The notes under the pieces: generated by a model
Seen by the model: the letters and a program-made list of their open reading frames with translations, nothing else
Told to the model about the DNA's origin: nothing
Database searches by the model: none
Shown here: positions 1 to 47,300 of the stretch, in pieces
How positions within the stretch are numbered: position 1 is the first letter of the stretch
Layout: every line of letters begins with the position of its first letter
Source of the DNA: Tubulanus polymorphus
Lineage: Eukaryota; Animalia; Nemertea
DNA length: 64,000 bases
Direction: 5' to 3'
Assembly: GCF_964204645.1 (NCBI RefSeq)
Contig: NC_134029.1
Location: 22,066,950 to 22,130,949, forward strand
Translations under genes and position numbers: made by a program

Positions 1-3000
1 TATTTGCTGCACGATCTGCACGGAAACCTGCGGCAGGTTTTTCTCGTGTCCGTCTTTTTGGTGGTTGTTGTTGGCGCGCGGTTTCTTACCGACAGGCGAA
101 TGCGGGAGACCATCGTGAATCAGATCGGGAAGGTTGTTGTTATTCGCCGCGTCGCCGGTCGAAGCGGCGTCTGCTTTCCTTTTCGATCGCTGTAAAATAG
201 AAAAAAAAACAGGCTTGAAAACGATCAGTAATTTTGTGATATTTTCATGATTTTGAAAGTTGTGGAGAGCCTTCTCAAAGTCAACAGTTGGCATGGATGG
301 TGCTTCACGTGTGACGGAAATTGGAATAATGAAAGTGTCACTTGTTGACTGTGTACCGTAGTAAGACTGTGTCACTGTGTACCACAAAGTTCAACACAAA
401 GTTCAAACCTATGACTGGAGCCTTTTCATTCGCGTACTTCTTGTAAACATCAAATTCTATATTTCATTGAAACAGCGGTAACACGATGATCTAACTCAGT
501 GGTTCCTGTATGCATCTAAATAGCTATATCAGGATCCCTACAGATCAGTCATTCCTGGATTTGCATCACTTTCATATGCCAATTACTGTAGACTCCTCCT
601 AAATTGGTGACTGTTTATCTCAGCAAACCAGCAAATTCCTATGCTTTCTAATTCGATAACCTCCACCTAATTGGGCAACAAATCCTGGTCTTAACTTTAC
701 CAATATATTAAACTTATAGTCTATTTACTGTACAACTTTCTATAATTTCCAATTGCCAATTTCGCAAACTTGAAGGAGTTTTATAGGTTTTATTTTGCTC
801 AAATTAAAGGAAGTTCAAGCACCTTCAAAAGCATTTTCCATTGAGGAGTCTTAAAGGAATCAAGGAGTCGTAGGGACCATGAACTGGTGCAACTGCAATC
901 AGAAAATGTATTGTGTCAAACCTTTGCAGCACCTGGGCTTTAAAATCCCTGTGGTTTCCAAGGGGTTTTTGCTAGTGACTGAAGATTATTCTGCACCGGC
1001 ATCGAAGCCCATATCTCTGTATACTGAGATTTTTTTCTCGCATTCCGAACAATGCAATGGCTGTCCAATTCAGTGTACGTGATATATTTTTTTTTCTACG
1101 ACTCTCTTCCAGTGACCTGAATAACTGGTAGCACTACAACTGCTACTCTTCTTTGTGCGCAAGGTGAAAATTGCTAATTATTTTCTATATATGAAAAAGT
1201 ATCGCTATTAGAATGCGGTGTTTAGTTCACAAGCTCCAGTCAGCCTGATGAAGCGCTAAAAGAAAATAAATATCCAACTCTATTCATGTTGAGTTTTTTT
1301 TTTTACGAAAGAGAAAACACGATAACGTCAAAACTGAAATTATGATTTAATTATAATTGTAGACGGCACAATGATTAATAACAAGCACGCAACATTCAAC
1401 TAGAGAAAACCCACTGTAGTACTCGTAGTATCAGTCGTCATCGGCGGAATATATGTTTTAACCTTTCCATAGACGACATTTAGCCTCGTAAAGCTTCATT
1501 GAAAATTTCCAGACACATTAACCGGGGGTCTTTAAGAACATTTATTCAAATGAAATCGAGAATTCCTTTTTTATACGAGACCCCAGTGGCCGTTAGTTTT
1601 TTTCAAAACGACGGCGTGATTTGAAATCATCGACAAACGAACGAATTAAGACGATACCACGCAAGTAACTCAAATATTCTTCATAATCACAGAAAATATC
1701 AATTTTCTAATAATCTAGATAGAGTTGTTGTTTTCAATTTGGTCCGAATTTCGGGATGACTATTTCGTGCCTGCGATATGGATTGGTACCACCGATGCAA
1801 ACGGTTTTTCTAAGCCGGAGTACCTTGACAGCAGATTTATGTTAGTATGTTCTTGTTCTTGGCCAAAGCATCAATTTGTTGCATGCCAAGTCAACATCAG
1901 ATCGTTGCAAGGGAATTCTGTATGTGGTGGTAACGGATTCTCAGGTGTGAGACAGGGGGGAAGGTAAGTGAAAATCGTCGAGACCAGAATACTGATGCCG
2001 CTATATGCAAAGTAGCAACAGTGAGGATCTATACGCGAATGCAAATCAGCTTCATTTTTGTTGATAACTATGACACTGGTTTTAAATCAAAAATTGAAGG
2101 GACAAACCAGATGAATTTTACATCAATATCTACGTTGAGAAACAACTACGCAAAGAATGGACAACGTGATCTTCAACCTTTCCAGTGATTTCAAAATCTC
2201 AATGTTCTCAATTAGGCGACCAACAAAAATTAAATCTATCAGTCGGTTGCCGGTTCAGGCTGGATGGAAGATTATTCAAACGAACCGGTACGAAATTTCC
2301 AATTATGTGTACTTTGATTTATACAAGAAATTATGTAAATTTGACCGATCATCCAACTAATATCTATCTGTACTTCGATTTCCGATTTCAAAATTAAACC
2401 TTCCGGTAGGTGTGCCTGGTTTATAAGGGACAATCCCTCTATTCTAAGATAAAATAAGAACTGAAACCTCAAACTCTAGGACAAACTTCTCTGATTATTA
2501 CGAAATAAGAACAGACCGCTATCAGTTGTTAGAGAGTCCAAGCGAGGCTTATTAAAAACTGACTAAACGTTGCGCGAATCCTTTGTTTTAAGATTGTTTT
2601 GGTTGTGAATATGTTAAGAATTTCTCACCACATCCTGGTGAACTTTTACTAGACGCTATATTATCGAAAAATCCAATCAGGCAATGATTGAATAGTTGTT
2701 GTCTACTGCACACACCGACCAATAAACAGACTTCATTAAAATCCTGTTTCTCGGACCTAGTCAATTCTAGAGCAATTTTATCCGTTACGTCTTTCATTCT
2801 TTATCAAATAAGTTCACGGAGTTTATATTTTTATTTACGCAGCTTTGACACAACAACAAAACATTTTGCAATTCTGATTTTACGCAAACTGAAAACAAAA
2901 TCTCCCGGGGATACGAATGGAAAATTCTTCTCGGCGCTAAATACGGCAAAATATCGTTTTACGATCCAAATATAGATGATTTAATGGGTCGTATTAACTT

Positions 3001-3779
3001 ATATTCTGATTCTGATCGACAGAATTAGGATATCTAGAAGTTTCTATCTACGGCTCGCTCGTACACTACGAAGTGATTTGTTTATGGAACCGAATTATCA
3101 TCATTGTTGAATAGAAAAGTGTACAGGTTTTTGATGGAATAACAACTCAACCGGCAGCAAAGCCTCCCGAGTCAAAAATATATACGTTTAGACCACAACC
3201 CTTTGACATTGAATTCAAATCGCAAACTTTTCATCAAGTCATTTAATAATTAGTTCACCAGATATTTTGATGGAAAAATACTTCCGACTGAAACTGATTA
3301 AGAAATGAGAGACTTTTTTCAGCTAGTTAATTAATCAGCTCGAGAAAATCGGTTATTTTTGCGATTACTTAATTACTGAAATTAATCGGGAGGAGATGAT
3401 CGTGGAAAATGCAAGGTCTAATATCAATCATTTCACTGGCATTGATTACAAATTTGATTCAGGAAATTATTTTCAATAGCAATTCATTAACGAAAAACAC
3501 AGCATAATCACAAAATAAACCTGCGCATTTCACACTTACGTTTTTACTTTCTCCCGTTGAATTAGAGTCCTTCGATTTCGATTTGGAAGCTTTTTTCGCT
3601 TTGCTCTCGAGCCACTTTTGGTGTAGAAGTAACGTTTCCCTGCGTTCGCCTTCGTAAAGCCCTTTTACGTTAGGCGTATAGTGAGAAAGCGCCCCGTTCT
3701 GGGTGCGTCGGTAAAGATCTATCCGCCGTCGCAGTCGCTCGACCAGATCTTTTCTTTTGGGGGATAAAATATCCCCCAT
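1..3779 (-). CDS. MAML: Mastermind-like Notch transcriptional co-activator, 5' part (coding exons 3540-3779 and 1-189; continues beyond the window start)
   Basis: The ORF MGDILSPKRKDLVERLRRRIDLYRR... is the basic N-terminal helix of Mastermind proteins. There is a GTAAGT donor at 3539 (phase 0) and a pyrimidine-rich TTTTACAG acceptor at 190. The next exon reads in frame RSKRKAD...PQVSVQIVQQI, similar to the SVEIVQQ motif recalled from protostome Mastermind. Confidence 0.88.
530..881. mobile_element. CAGGG-terminal MITE family A copy in the mastermind intron
   Basis: CAGGATCCCTAC...GTAGGGACCATG. Reverse-complement similarity to 54658-55039 (e.g. TTCAAGCACCTTCAAAAGCATTTTCCA). Confidence 0.65.
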
Positions 3780-4977
3780 GCTATTCTGTAGATGGACTAT
3801 GGTGAGGCAGCAGCACGTTTTTCTCCGACAAACCGACCGGACTGACCACCGCGAAACTCTGTAAAAATAGATTTTAAAAAAAATGAATTGTCGTTTCGAA
3901 TCCTTCTTACATCACTTATAGAACATGTTCGCATGCTGAGAGATTAACACGACTTGTCACTGGGTTGGGACGCGCTCATTTCTTCGTCCCAGTCGTGTTG
4001 CCACTATACTGCCTGCTGCAGTGCAGGCACTGGAACTCAGGAGCTTTAGTACAAAGGATTGTATTTGGCTGCATATGCATGTCATTCTTGAAACATGTCC
4101 GAAATTCCGACTATATTACACAGAAAATATCATTTACGACAAGCAGCGGTGCATATAGTCACAATTCACCTCACTGGGACACTAAAAACACTTTCCGTTT
4201 ACAAAAGAACGAACGAACTCTCCCCAGACCTGAAAATGCATTGGTTAAACGACAAATCATAACAACTTTCCCACGGTCTGAAATAAACGATTAGCCGTCA
4301 CAGAATAACATGTAATATCGATACGTACTCTCAAATAGCAGCCGTGTCCAGTCTGTAACTAACTATATTCCTACATGAAACAACGTTTTTGATCGTAGTA
4401 AACCCCGAAGTAAAAGTGTAGAAAACTTATAAATACACTACTGAATCGTAGCGGTTCACATTCTTCACTGAACGGCTACTCACACGCTGTAGGGGTAGTA
4501 GGTGTTTGATTGGATCAGTTCATTACTGATTGGAAAAGGGTACATAGCTCTCACTGACATGTCCCAACGAGGATCTTCGGGAATCAAAATGAATATTAAT
4601 CATCACTGGCCAGTTTATCATGATTATGACATTTTGTGGGGAATAGTTTTTTTTTCTACAGAAGATAATCAGCTGAATAGCATGGACTGACTAATTTTCT
4701 AAAATAAGAAATCTTAGTTTTTACAGTCGTTTGAAAACTTTTCAGGGGTTTTCATCGGGCTTTCAATGAATTGATACATAGATAATATATATATATCCAA
4801 AGCTTGAACTGTTTCTTAAAAGAAAATGAGACGACATTAGAGATAGAAACGCGTGAAGTAAAAGATCCCGTGTGCGATTACAAATGCCTAATAAAAAATA
4901 ATGATTGACAGCTTATTAATTGGATTTCGCTGCTTATTCCCGTCAGATGTCGCCAGCTGACGGTGCTTTCAGACAAG
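3780..4977. promoter_or_regulatory. Divergent mastermind/TRAP1 upstream region (bidirectional promoter candidate)
   Basis: The start codons face away from each other 1.2 kb apart. Two ATTGG (CCAAT) boxes lie at about 4509 and 4529, TCAGT Inr-like motifs on the - strand at about 4440-4472, and CGTGGGAAA on the - strand at 4267-4275. Confidence 0.55.
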
Positions 4978-39430
<34,453 letters not shown>

Positions 39431-42378
39431 TTATACGAACTAATTACACTGGTGCTTACAGGGACATCACGACCTAATCATGATAGGCTGCATGTTGGAC
39501 CAGCAGTAGGCAAACTACTGCTCAACTGATTTCATTTATAATATATAAATGGTTTGTAATATTGGGACAACTGTGACAGGGCAGATTATCATTGAACTCT
39601 TTTTTATCAGTAATATCAGGGTCACTAGTCTAGTGTCTCCGGTCGGACTTAGGAATGATTTCTCAACATCATGAATACCAGCACATTCACATGCTCATTA
39701 TTTATTAGGTTCAGATAAACAAGTCTAGGACTCAAAAGCAGGAAGTTTTCCTTCCTGTAGATACCTAGATATATTCATTGTACTGCACCATCAATTCTGG
39801 ACTTAGTTAATTATGTTCAGTATGCAAGTCATGTCAATGATCAGGTCATATCTTCATTTTATAAATTCACTCATTAATGTCTATGGAATTAAAAGATCGA
39901 TGTCTTTTTTTATTACAAAATATAAATCTTTAAGTTGGTCTCATTTTTTCCTCAAACTGGTTATCTCGGGCTTTTTCTGGCAGTCCGTGTCATTAAGTGC
40001 AGGAAGAGCGATCCATCGAGCCACACAGGGTGAAGTTGATGTACGGTAAAACAATGAACACGAGGACAAAAAATGTTGCGATGACCAGATGATGAACATT
40101 TCGTTTATTGCCATACCATATACAGAGAATATACAGCACATAATATATTTGATAACACGCTAATTTTAACCACTATCAATTACATCTATATAATATATAT
40201 ATATATACAGGTCACACATCACACAAACCACTACTTGTATTAATTCTATACGTGTACACTTCATCTTTCAACCGTCAGCTGCCGATAAACACTTCCGAAA
40301 TTGCAAAGTATCGGCCGCCGCGACCAGCTGTCGTCGTTTGAGTAGGTTCTGGTTTATTTTTACGAATGTGAAGGAGTGTTACAACTTACTAAGGCCGAGT
40401 AACAAATCCGAGAACATTCTGGACTGTGTTTAATGATTCCTAGGCTCGAAGAGATGGCAGCGGCGTCGGAGAGAGAGATAGAGAGCTACGGTAAAGATGA
40501 AGTGTCCGTTCGCGATCTGCTTCGGGAAGTGTGTCACAAAATCGATTATCTTAAAACTGGCATCGAAACGCTATCTTCACCTCCGTGAAAACCTGAGTAC
40601 TGACAGAAAACAGACTTTGTAACGACGCCTTCAGCGAAGAGAAAGCTTTCGTATAACCGTTTCTATTCACTGAGTGACATGATCTCTGAGTAGAACGAAC
40701 GCTTCGGGTTCTTAGTTCATTCTACGATTGATTGCTCTACGACTAAGATTCATACTTAAATACTCTATGAAGATGTTCTTACGCTAGAGAAGTTTCCATT
40801 TTCTTCCGTTAACAGCGAGATAAAACCATAGAAGACAATAATAATATAACATACATATACAACTATGCTGTATTTCCCATATTTTTCAAAGGTTGACCTA
40901 CGACTTCAGATTCTACGATACAGTGATTCACTACTGTCAAATATAGGGGAGGTTCATCCGATATATGTATTATATACATCTTGGTTCATTTTTTGTGGAA
41001 TGCTTTACAACAACATACATTTACTTCATCGAATTCGATCGTAGTGTTTTGGATACAATTTCCTTTCTCAAAAACGGAAAACGTCCTACGCTAGAAAATG
41101 CCCTACCGTGAATATTAAAGCCTGAACTTCGAGAAGAGACCGAATTAATCGTCTCATCTCCGTAAAACATAAACAAATTTTTCAACAATTACAATTTGCA
41201 GCTATGATTCTAGTTACAGTTTTACTTTACAATCACAAATAAAAATCTTCTATCACGCCTTTTCAGAGATAATTTAATAATAATATACTTCATTTGTTTT
41301 TTATTTATATATTTATATAATATGCATATTCTACAGTCTATTTTAGCTTCACATTCAAGGAAAACTTGTTCGTTTCGCAGATTTTACAACAATATAATTG
41401 ACGACGATGTTGTAGACTGACACTACTGAGAAGTCTTTAATTTACGTCACTTCTGGTGGAATTAAATAATCAATCGCCGCAATGAACGTTTATCGTTTCA
41501 TTCTGCAGCCTAAAGCGCACACCTAAACTTCGAATTTCGTTAAGTTTCGAAAACGCTAAATTCAGTAGAACTTAAGGTGAAAATAATCATCGATCAGAGA
41601 CCTACCCTTCGTCGACGAATCGAAAAACATGTCATTAAATTTCGAGAAGCAACACGTACACGCAATGATGGAGACAACAGTAATTAGGTCGGTATGGATT
41701 GATCTTATACTAAATGGTGCATTTAATGACAATTTCATTTATCGTCTTTCGCGCTAACCGAATTTCACATTTGCGCCTAGTCTTGTCAGATTTATAGATT
41801 ACTACAGAAATGATGGGCTGTTTATTTCATTTTTGGTGGTCAGTTATTTACACAATATATATATATATATATACGTATATACATTGCGCGTGATTATAGA
41901 TATTGAGTGGCTTTATATCGGATTGACAGCGCTTACAGCCGAAATGACACTAAGAGCATTAATGGCCAGATGGCCGTCATGGAAATACGATAGCGTGTAG
42001 AGGCTATAACCATATATATAATTTTTTTTCAACCGTTTTTATAGCATTCACTTGTTCCGTCAAAATTTGATCGCAAAATCCATCAGTGGTCGGGTGAACG
42101 TCCCGAATTTTTAATCAACGACCCCGTATTCAATCGTAAATCGAATCACGCATAAATAAATATATATATATTTTTTAAAGAAGCTCCGCTCGTTTTATTT
42201 TTTTTGACAGCGAATCATTTCTGCTCAAATCTGGCCTTCGTTCGATGTCCTCTGTACAACATAATATACACAAACGTCAAGAGGAGTCGTTCGGTCCTCT
42301 CTGTATTATCATTATTTCATTTAAATAAACTTTTCTATTTTCGGTGTGATTCGCGAGCGTGGCCGATGTCCTCGCGGT

Positions 42379-43721
42379 TTATTTCGGCGATTTCGTGGCT
42401 AAAATCAACGCGACGATCAGTCCGTAGAGACCTAATACTTCAGCGAAAATGAGAATAAGGATCATTCCGACGAATAGCCTCGGCTGTTGCGCTGTACCTC
42501 GCACGCCGGCGTCACCTACGATTCCGATAGCGAATCCGGCAGCTACTCCGCTCAATCCTACACTAAGTCCGGCGCCCAAATGTACAAAACTCCTGCAAAT
42601 GAGGAATTCATCGATAAAAATCAAAACTGCTTAAATTTGCAGAGCATAAGAGTTCTTGCAGATCGGGGAATCCAAAACTCCCTGTGACTCTTGACCAAAA
42701 ATTCTTTAATTAATGAAATCATCAGCCATCCCCCAGGGAGTAGCTTCTTATCTGAAAGAGGTTCTCTGTGCCACTTTTCACCAGCAAGAACAAAAAGATA
42801 TACCAAATTATCCCTGACTTTTCCCTGATCTGATCCCCGAGAAACTGAGGTAGCATTTAAGATATGAACTTAAGTAGATACCAAACAATTTATTCTTGGG
42901 GACCCTGAATATTTGACCCAAATGGCTCAAGGAAACAGGAGTAAGAAAGAATCTACTTAAGTCACCTGAGACAGAGATCACTTAGAATGTAACAACTTAC
43001 AGAAATAGTGTGTATTCAGTTGGATCAGCACTAAGAGAATTAGCAATCAACGCAGCTACAACTAAACCATAAATAGCGATAATACCGGCCATAACAACTG
43101 GAATAACGGATTTCATTATAAACTCTGGTCGCATCACCGACATCGTCGCGATACCAGTACCGGATTTAGCTGTTCCGTAAGCGGCGCCAAGGGCTGAAAA
43201 ATATCAAAACAGAAAATATGATTACGTAAAACTTCCAAGTCGACCCTGGGTGTCTGATTGTATTCTACCCTTAAATATATCAAGCACTGCTGGGTAAAGC
43301 TATTTAGAAAGGGAAGATTGTTTACCAAAATTTTTTATTTATATATTTAGATTCTGAAATTATATAAACTGATGAACATGGGTATGATAGATAGATTATG
43401 ATTTATGAAACTCTTTTCGACCTAAGGCTAAAGCCTCAGCTCAATTCATTCCATAGCTCTATTTAGTCTAGCTCTGGTGGAGTAGATTTGTAAAAGGGAC
43501 GAACATCAAAATATTGAGATTGATAATATCATAAATAATCACAGCTGAAATAAATGAATGAGGATACATGATGCCGGATCCGACCGGACCGGGCACGACC
43601 TGTCTTTTCTGTGTGAAGTGAATATTTCATTTTCAATCGACTCACCGCTGAATACTATAGCTGATGTGGCGCCCATTACACCGAAGAAAGGTGTGTATAA
43701 CGGTTGTTCAACGTCTGCCAT
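42379..43721 (-). CDS. ATP6V0C: V-type proton ATPase 16 kDa proteolipid subunit c, 3 exons (43646-43721, 43001-43193, 42379-42592)
   Basis: Translation [40 protein letters not shown]...[30 protein letters not shown] includes the catalytic Glu. Both introns are GT-AG and in phase. Confidence 0.97.
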
Positions 43722-44356
43722 TATTCTTAGTTTTTCTGACGCTTCGAATTTAGAAAATTTTCAAAAAGATTTTGACAGCTCGTCGTAGAGGGTAGCGATT
43801 CTAGCGAAAATGGCGAATGAAGGAGGGTCATGTGACAGTGTTCGGATGGCGCATTCTGTAAGCCGCACGTCGATTGGTTAGATTTTTGAGAAAATCGAAT
43901 CAGAAGCCAATCAGCGATCGTTTAATGGAAACGTTTAGCCAAGCTAGATGACCGTGACGTCACCGCGGCAGCTGAGTCACAATTCAATTCAATATACATT
44001 TATTCGCATAAATTTTTACTCGAAAAAACAATTCAGCCAAATTTAAAAGACTATCGAGCATTTGAATGACGGAAATAATCGAATATTCCGTATATGAAAT
44101 AGAAATTTAGGAGATGGAGGAAGATTTCAAACATTTGACCGGTCACATGACTGCCGGCAGTCATATGACTGGTCACATGATATCGTACAAATACACGTGC
44201 ACTTGTTTGGAAAATTTGTAAACGAAAAGTGAAACCAAATCCTCGGGCGTTCCCCACCTAACGATCGGTGTTTAGTCCCTTATCATGATATATATGGTCG
44301 TTTGATAAAAGAAATTTCTCAACTCTTCGTTTCAACGGGTTTTTAACTTCGTCAAA
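43722..44356. promoter_or_regulatory. ATP6V0C/PWP2 bidirectional promoter with M-boxes, CRE, AP-1 and CCAAT motifs
   Basis: GTCATGTGAC 43827-43836, GTCACATGAC 44142-44151, GTCACATGA 44172-44180, GTGACGTCAC 43954-43963, TGAGTCA 43973-43979, and ATTGG/CCAAT at about 43873 and 43908. Confidence 0.7.
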
Positions 44357-47300
44357 ATGAAGTTTTCATACAGGGTTCGTGCACCACAATCAATGCAAAG
44401 CAAATCAAATACATAACATTTATTGAATTCTGTAACTAAACTTCTTGGCAGGCCTATTAGTAGACGAATGAATGAAATCTTCAAACGCCTTTGAAAATCG
44501 GAAATCTCTGAATATAGATTTTGATTTAGTTATGATATAATATCAACTGTTATTAGCCTTAATTGATTAGTTAATTGACCCTATTTAATTAGTTAATTGA
44601 TAACTGGATATAGTTTATCTTGTTTTATAAATTGATATATTACAATTTTGATTACATTTCAGTTTTCAAATCTTCTCGGTACTGTTTATCGTAAAGGGAA
44701 CTTATCATTCTCTCCTGATGGCAACACCGTTATCAGTCCTGTTGGCAACCGCATCAGCTTGTTTGATCTCAAAAAGTAAGCTTTTTTGCTGTTTCATATT
44801 TGAACAAAAATATGGAGAATTTTCATTTGGCTTTTAATTGTCTTGCAGCAATAAATCGGAGACCTTACCAGTGGAGGGTAAAATGAACTTGTCTGCTTTA
44901 GGTTTATCACCAGATGGAAATATACTTATAGCTATAGATGAAGGTAGTGTATATAATCCTATGTTTTAGAGAAATTTGCACGTAAACAGTGCCCTATAAT
45001 GATCTCCTGTGTCTCGATATTCTCATTTGTAGAAGGAGAAGCTATGCTGATAAGTATGATAAGTAAAACTGTCTTGCATTACCATCACTTTCACGGAAGC
45101 GTCAACTCAATATCGTTTAGCCCAAATGGAAAGCAAGTATTCGCACTTTGGGTTCAGAACTAATTTCATAACGCAAAGCTGATACTAATTTTCATTTTTG
45201 CCTTTCAGAAAATTTGCGATAACCAAAAATAAAATAATCCAGATGTTCCACGCTCCTGGAAAAACGAAAGAATTCAATCCTTTTGTACCGTATCGAACGT
45301 TCTACGGAGCTTTCGATGAAACAACCTGCATCGATTGGACAACTGATTCACGGTAATGTATCTATAAATCAATTCGTTGTCTAATAGTATTTTATGTAGG
45401 TCCTAAAACTGTAATTGATTTTGCAGAGTTTTTTGCGTTGGAGGTAAGGATATGAACACTCGTGTTTACGGAGCTCAGCCTTTCCGAAATTTGATAATCT
45501 ACTCTATTGGAGGACACAGCGATGCTATAGTTGGAACATTCTTCGAAGCAGATTCATTAGATGTATCCTTTGGAAAGAAATTCTTTATGAAACCATGTAA
45601 AAATGTAAAAATTATGGTATATTCGATTATTTACATCATTCAAATGCTCGATCGTCTGTAAAAATTTGTTGCTATTTTGCTGTAAAACTCTTTAACTCTC
45701 ATACAGCTGTACACTTTAAGTTCAAATGGACAGTTATGCGTTTGGGAATGCAACACAGACCTCGATGGCTTGTTACCTTTCGAAGAGAAGAAAGTAACGT
45801 CAGATGAGGAAAGTGATCTTGATGATGATGAGAAAAAAGCAGAAAAAGAAAAAGGTATCGGTAGTTAAATGAATGGAATATTGGTATTTTTGTTTAGTTG
45901 AGATTTACTTATTGTTTTGATAATATTCATTTGTTCATTTCAAGCTCTCATGAAAGCTGCACAGGAAAGTAAAGATGAGAAAATACTTTTCAAACGACTT
46001 GCCAAGTAAGTGACATTACTCTCACTTTGATTCTTCTGAAGGAGAACATCTTAGTTGAACTAATGTATTTATATAATGTTGTATAGACATCGCTACAAAG
46101 ACAACAAAAGAGATGGTAGTCAACATACTCAACTGACATGCGCTATGTTTCACAAAAAGTCACATATTTTGGTCGCCGGTTTCGAAGATGGATCTTTCTT
46201 GCTTCATGAAATGCCAGATTTCAACTTGATTCATTCTCTAAGGTAAGAGTTGTTGAAGAAATCGGTTACCGGTACTTTAATCTTAATGTTCATTTGTGAC
46301 TGGGTATTTTCATCCACTTTCAGTATATCCAATCAAATGATCTCATCGATTGCCATCAATACGACTGGTGATTGGATAGCATTAGGATGTTCAGGTCTAG
46401 GGCAACTGTTGGTCTGGGAATGGCAAAGTGAATCCTATGTACTGAAACAGCAAGGCCATTTCAATAATATGACATGTCTAGTCTATTCACCAGATGGTCA
46501 GTACCTAGTGACTGGTGGTGATGATGGAAAAGTATGTGAAATAATTGTCTGCATGCAATTTCTTGAAAATGAATTAATTCCTAACCTGGTTGAATTGATT
46601 ATTTCCTTCTAGGTGAAAGTTTGGAACACTAGTAGTGGATTTTGCTTCGTAACATTTTCTGAACATAATGCCGGTATAACAGGTGTAGCATTTAGTCAAA
46701 GTGGCCAAGTAGTGTTGTCGAGTTCGTTAGATGGTACTGTACGGGCTTTTGATTTGAACAGGTAATATATTTAGGAAGGATGTGTTGCTTAGACTAAGGT
46801 GAAATGAAAAACAACTCAATCCGCTCTGTCTATTTCAGGTACCGTAATTTCCGGACGTTTACTTCACCACAGCCTGTCCAATTCTCCAGTCTTGCTATTG
46901 ATCCTAGTGGAGAAATCGTCTGCGCTGGAGGAATGGATTCTTTTGATATTTTTGTATGGTCACTACAGACTGGACGACTTCTGGATGTAAGATAATTTAT
47001 TATTTGAAAATATTCTTTACTCAACATATTGTATTCATATTTGTAATTTGTATCTTGCATTATTTTCAGATTTTGTCGGGACATGAAGGTCCTGTATCAG
47101 CGGTTGTATTCAGCACTACAAGTTCTATATTAGCCAGCGCTTCTTGGGACAAAACTGTCAAACTTTGGGATGTGTTCGAAAATAAAGGTTCTAAAGAGAC
47201 CTTCAGATTCAATACTGATGGTGAGGAGTGATTGAAAGTGTTTTTATGGCAGTTAAGAGAAAAAACTCCTGAATAAATTGATCATACTAAATTCTATTTC

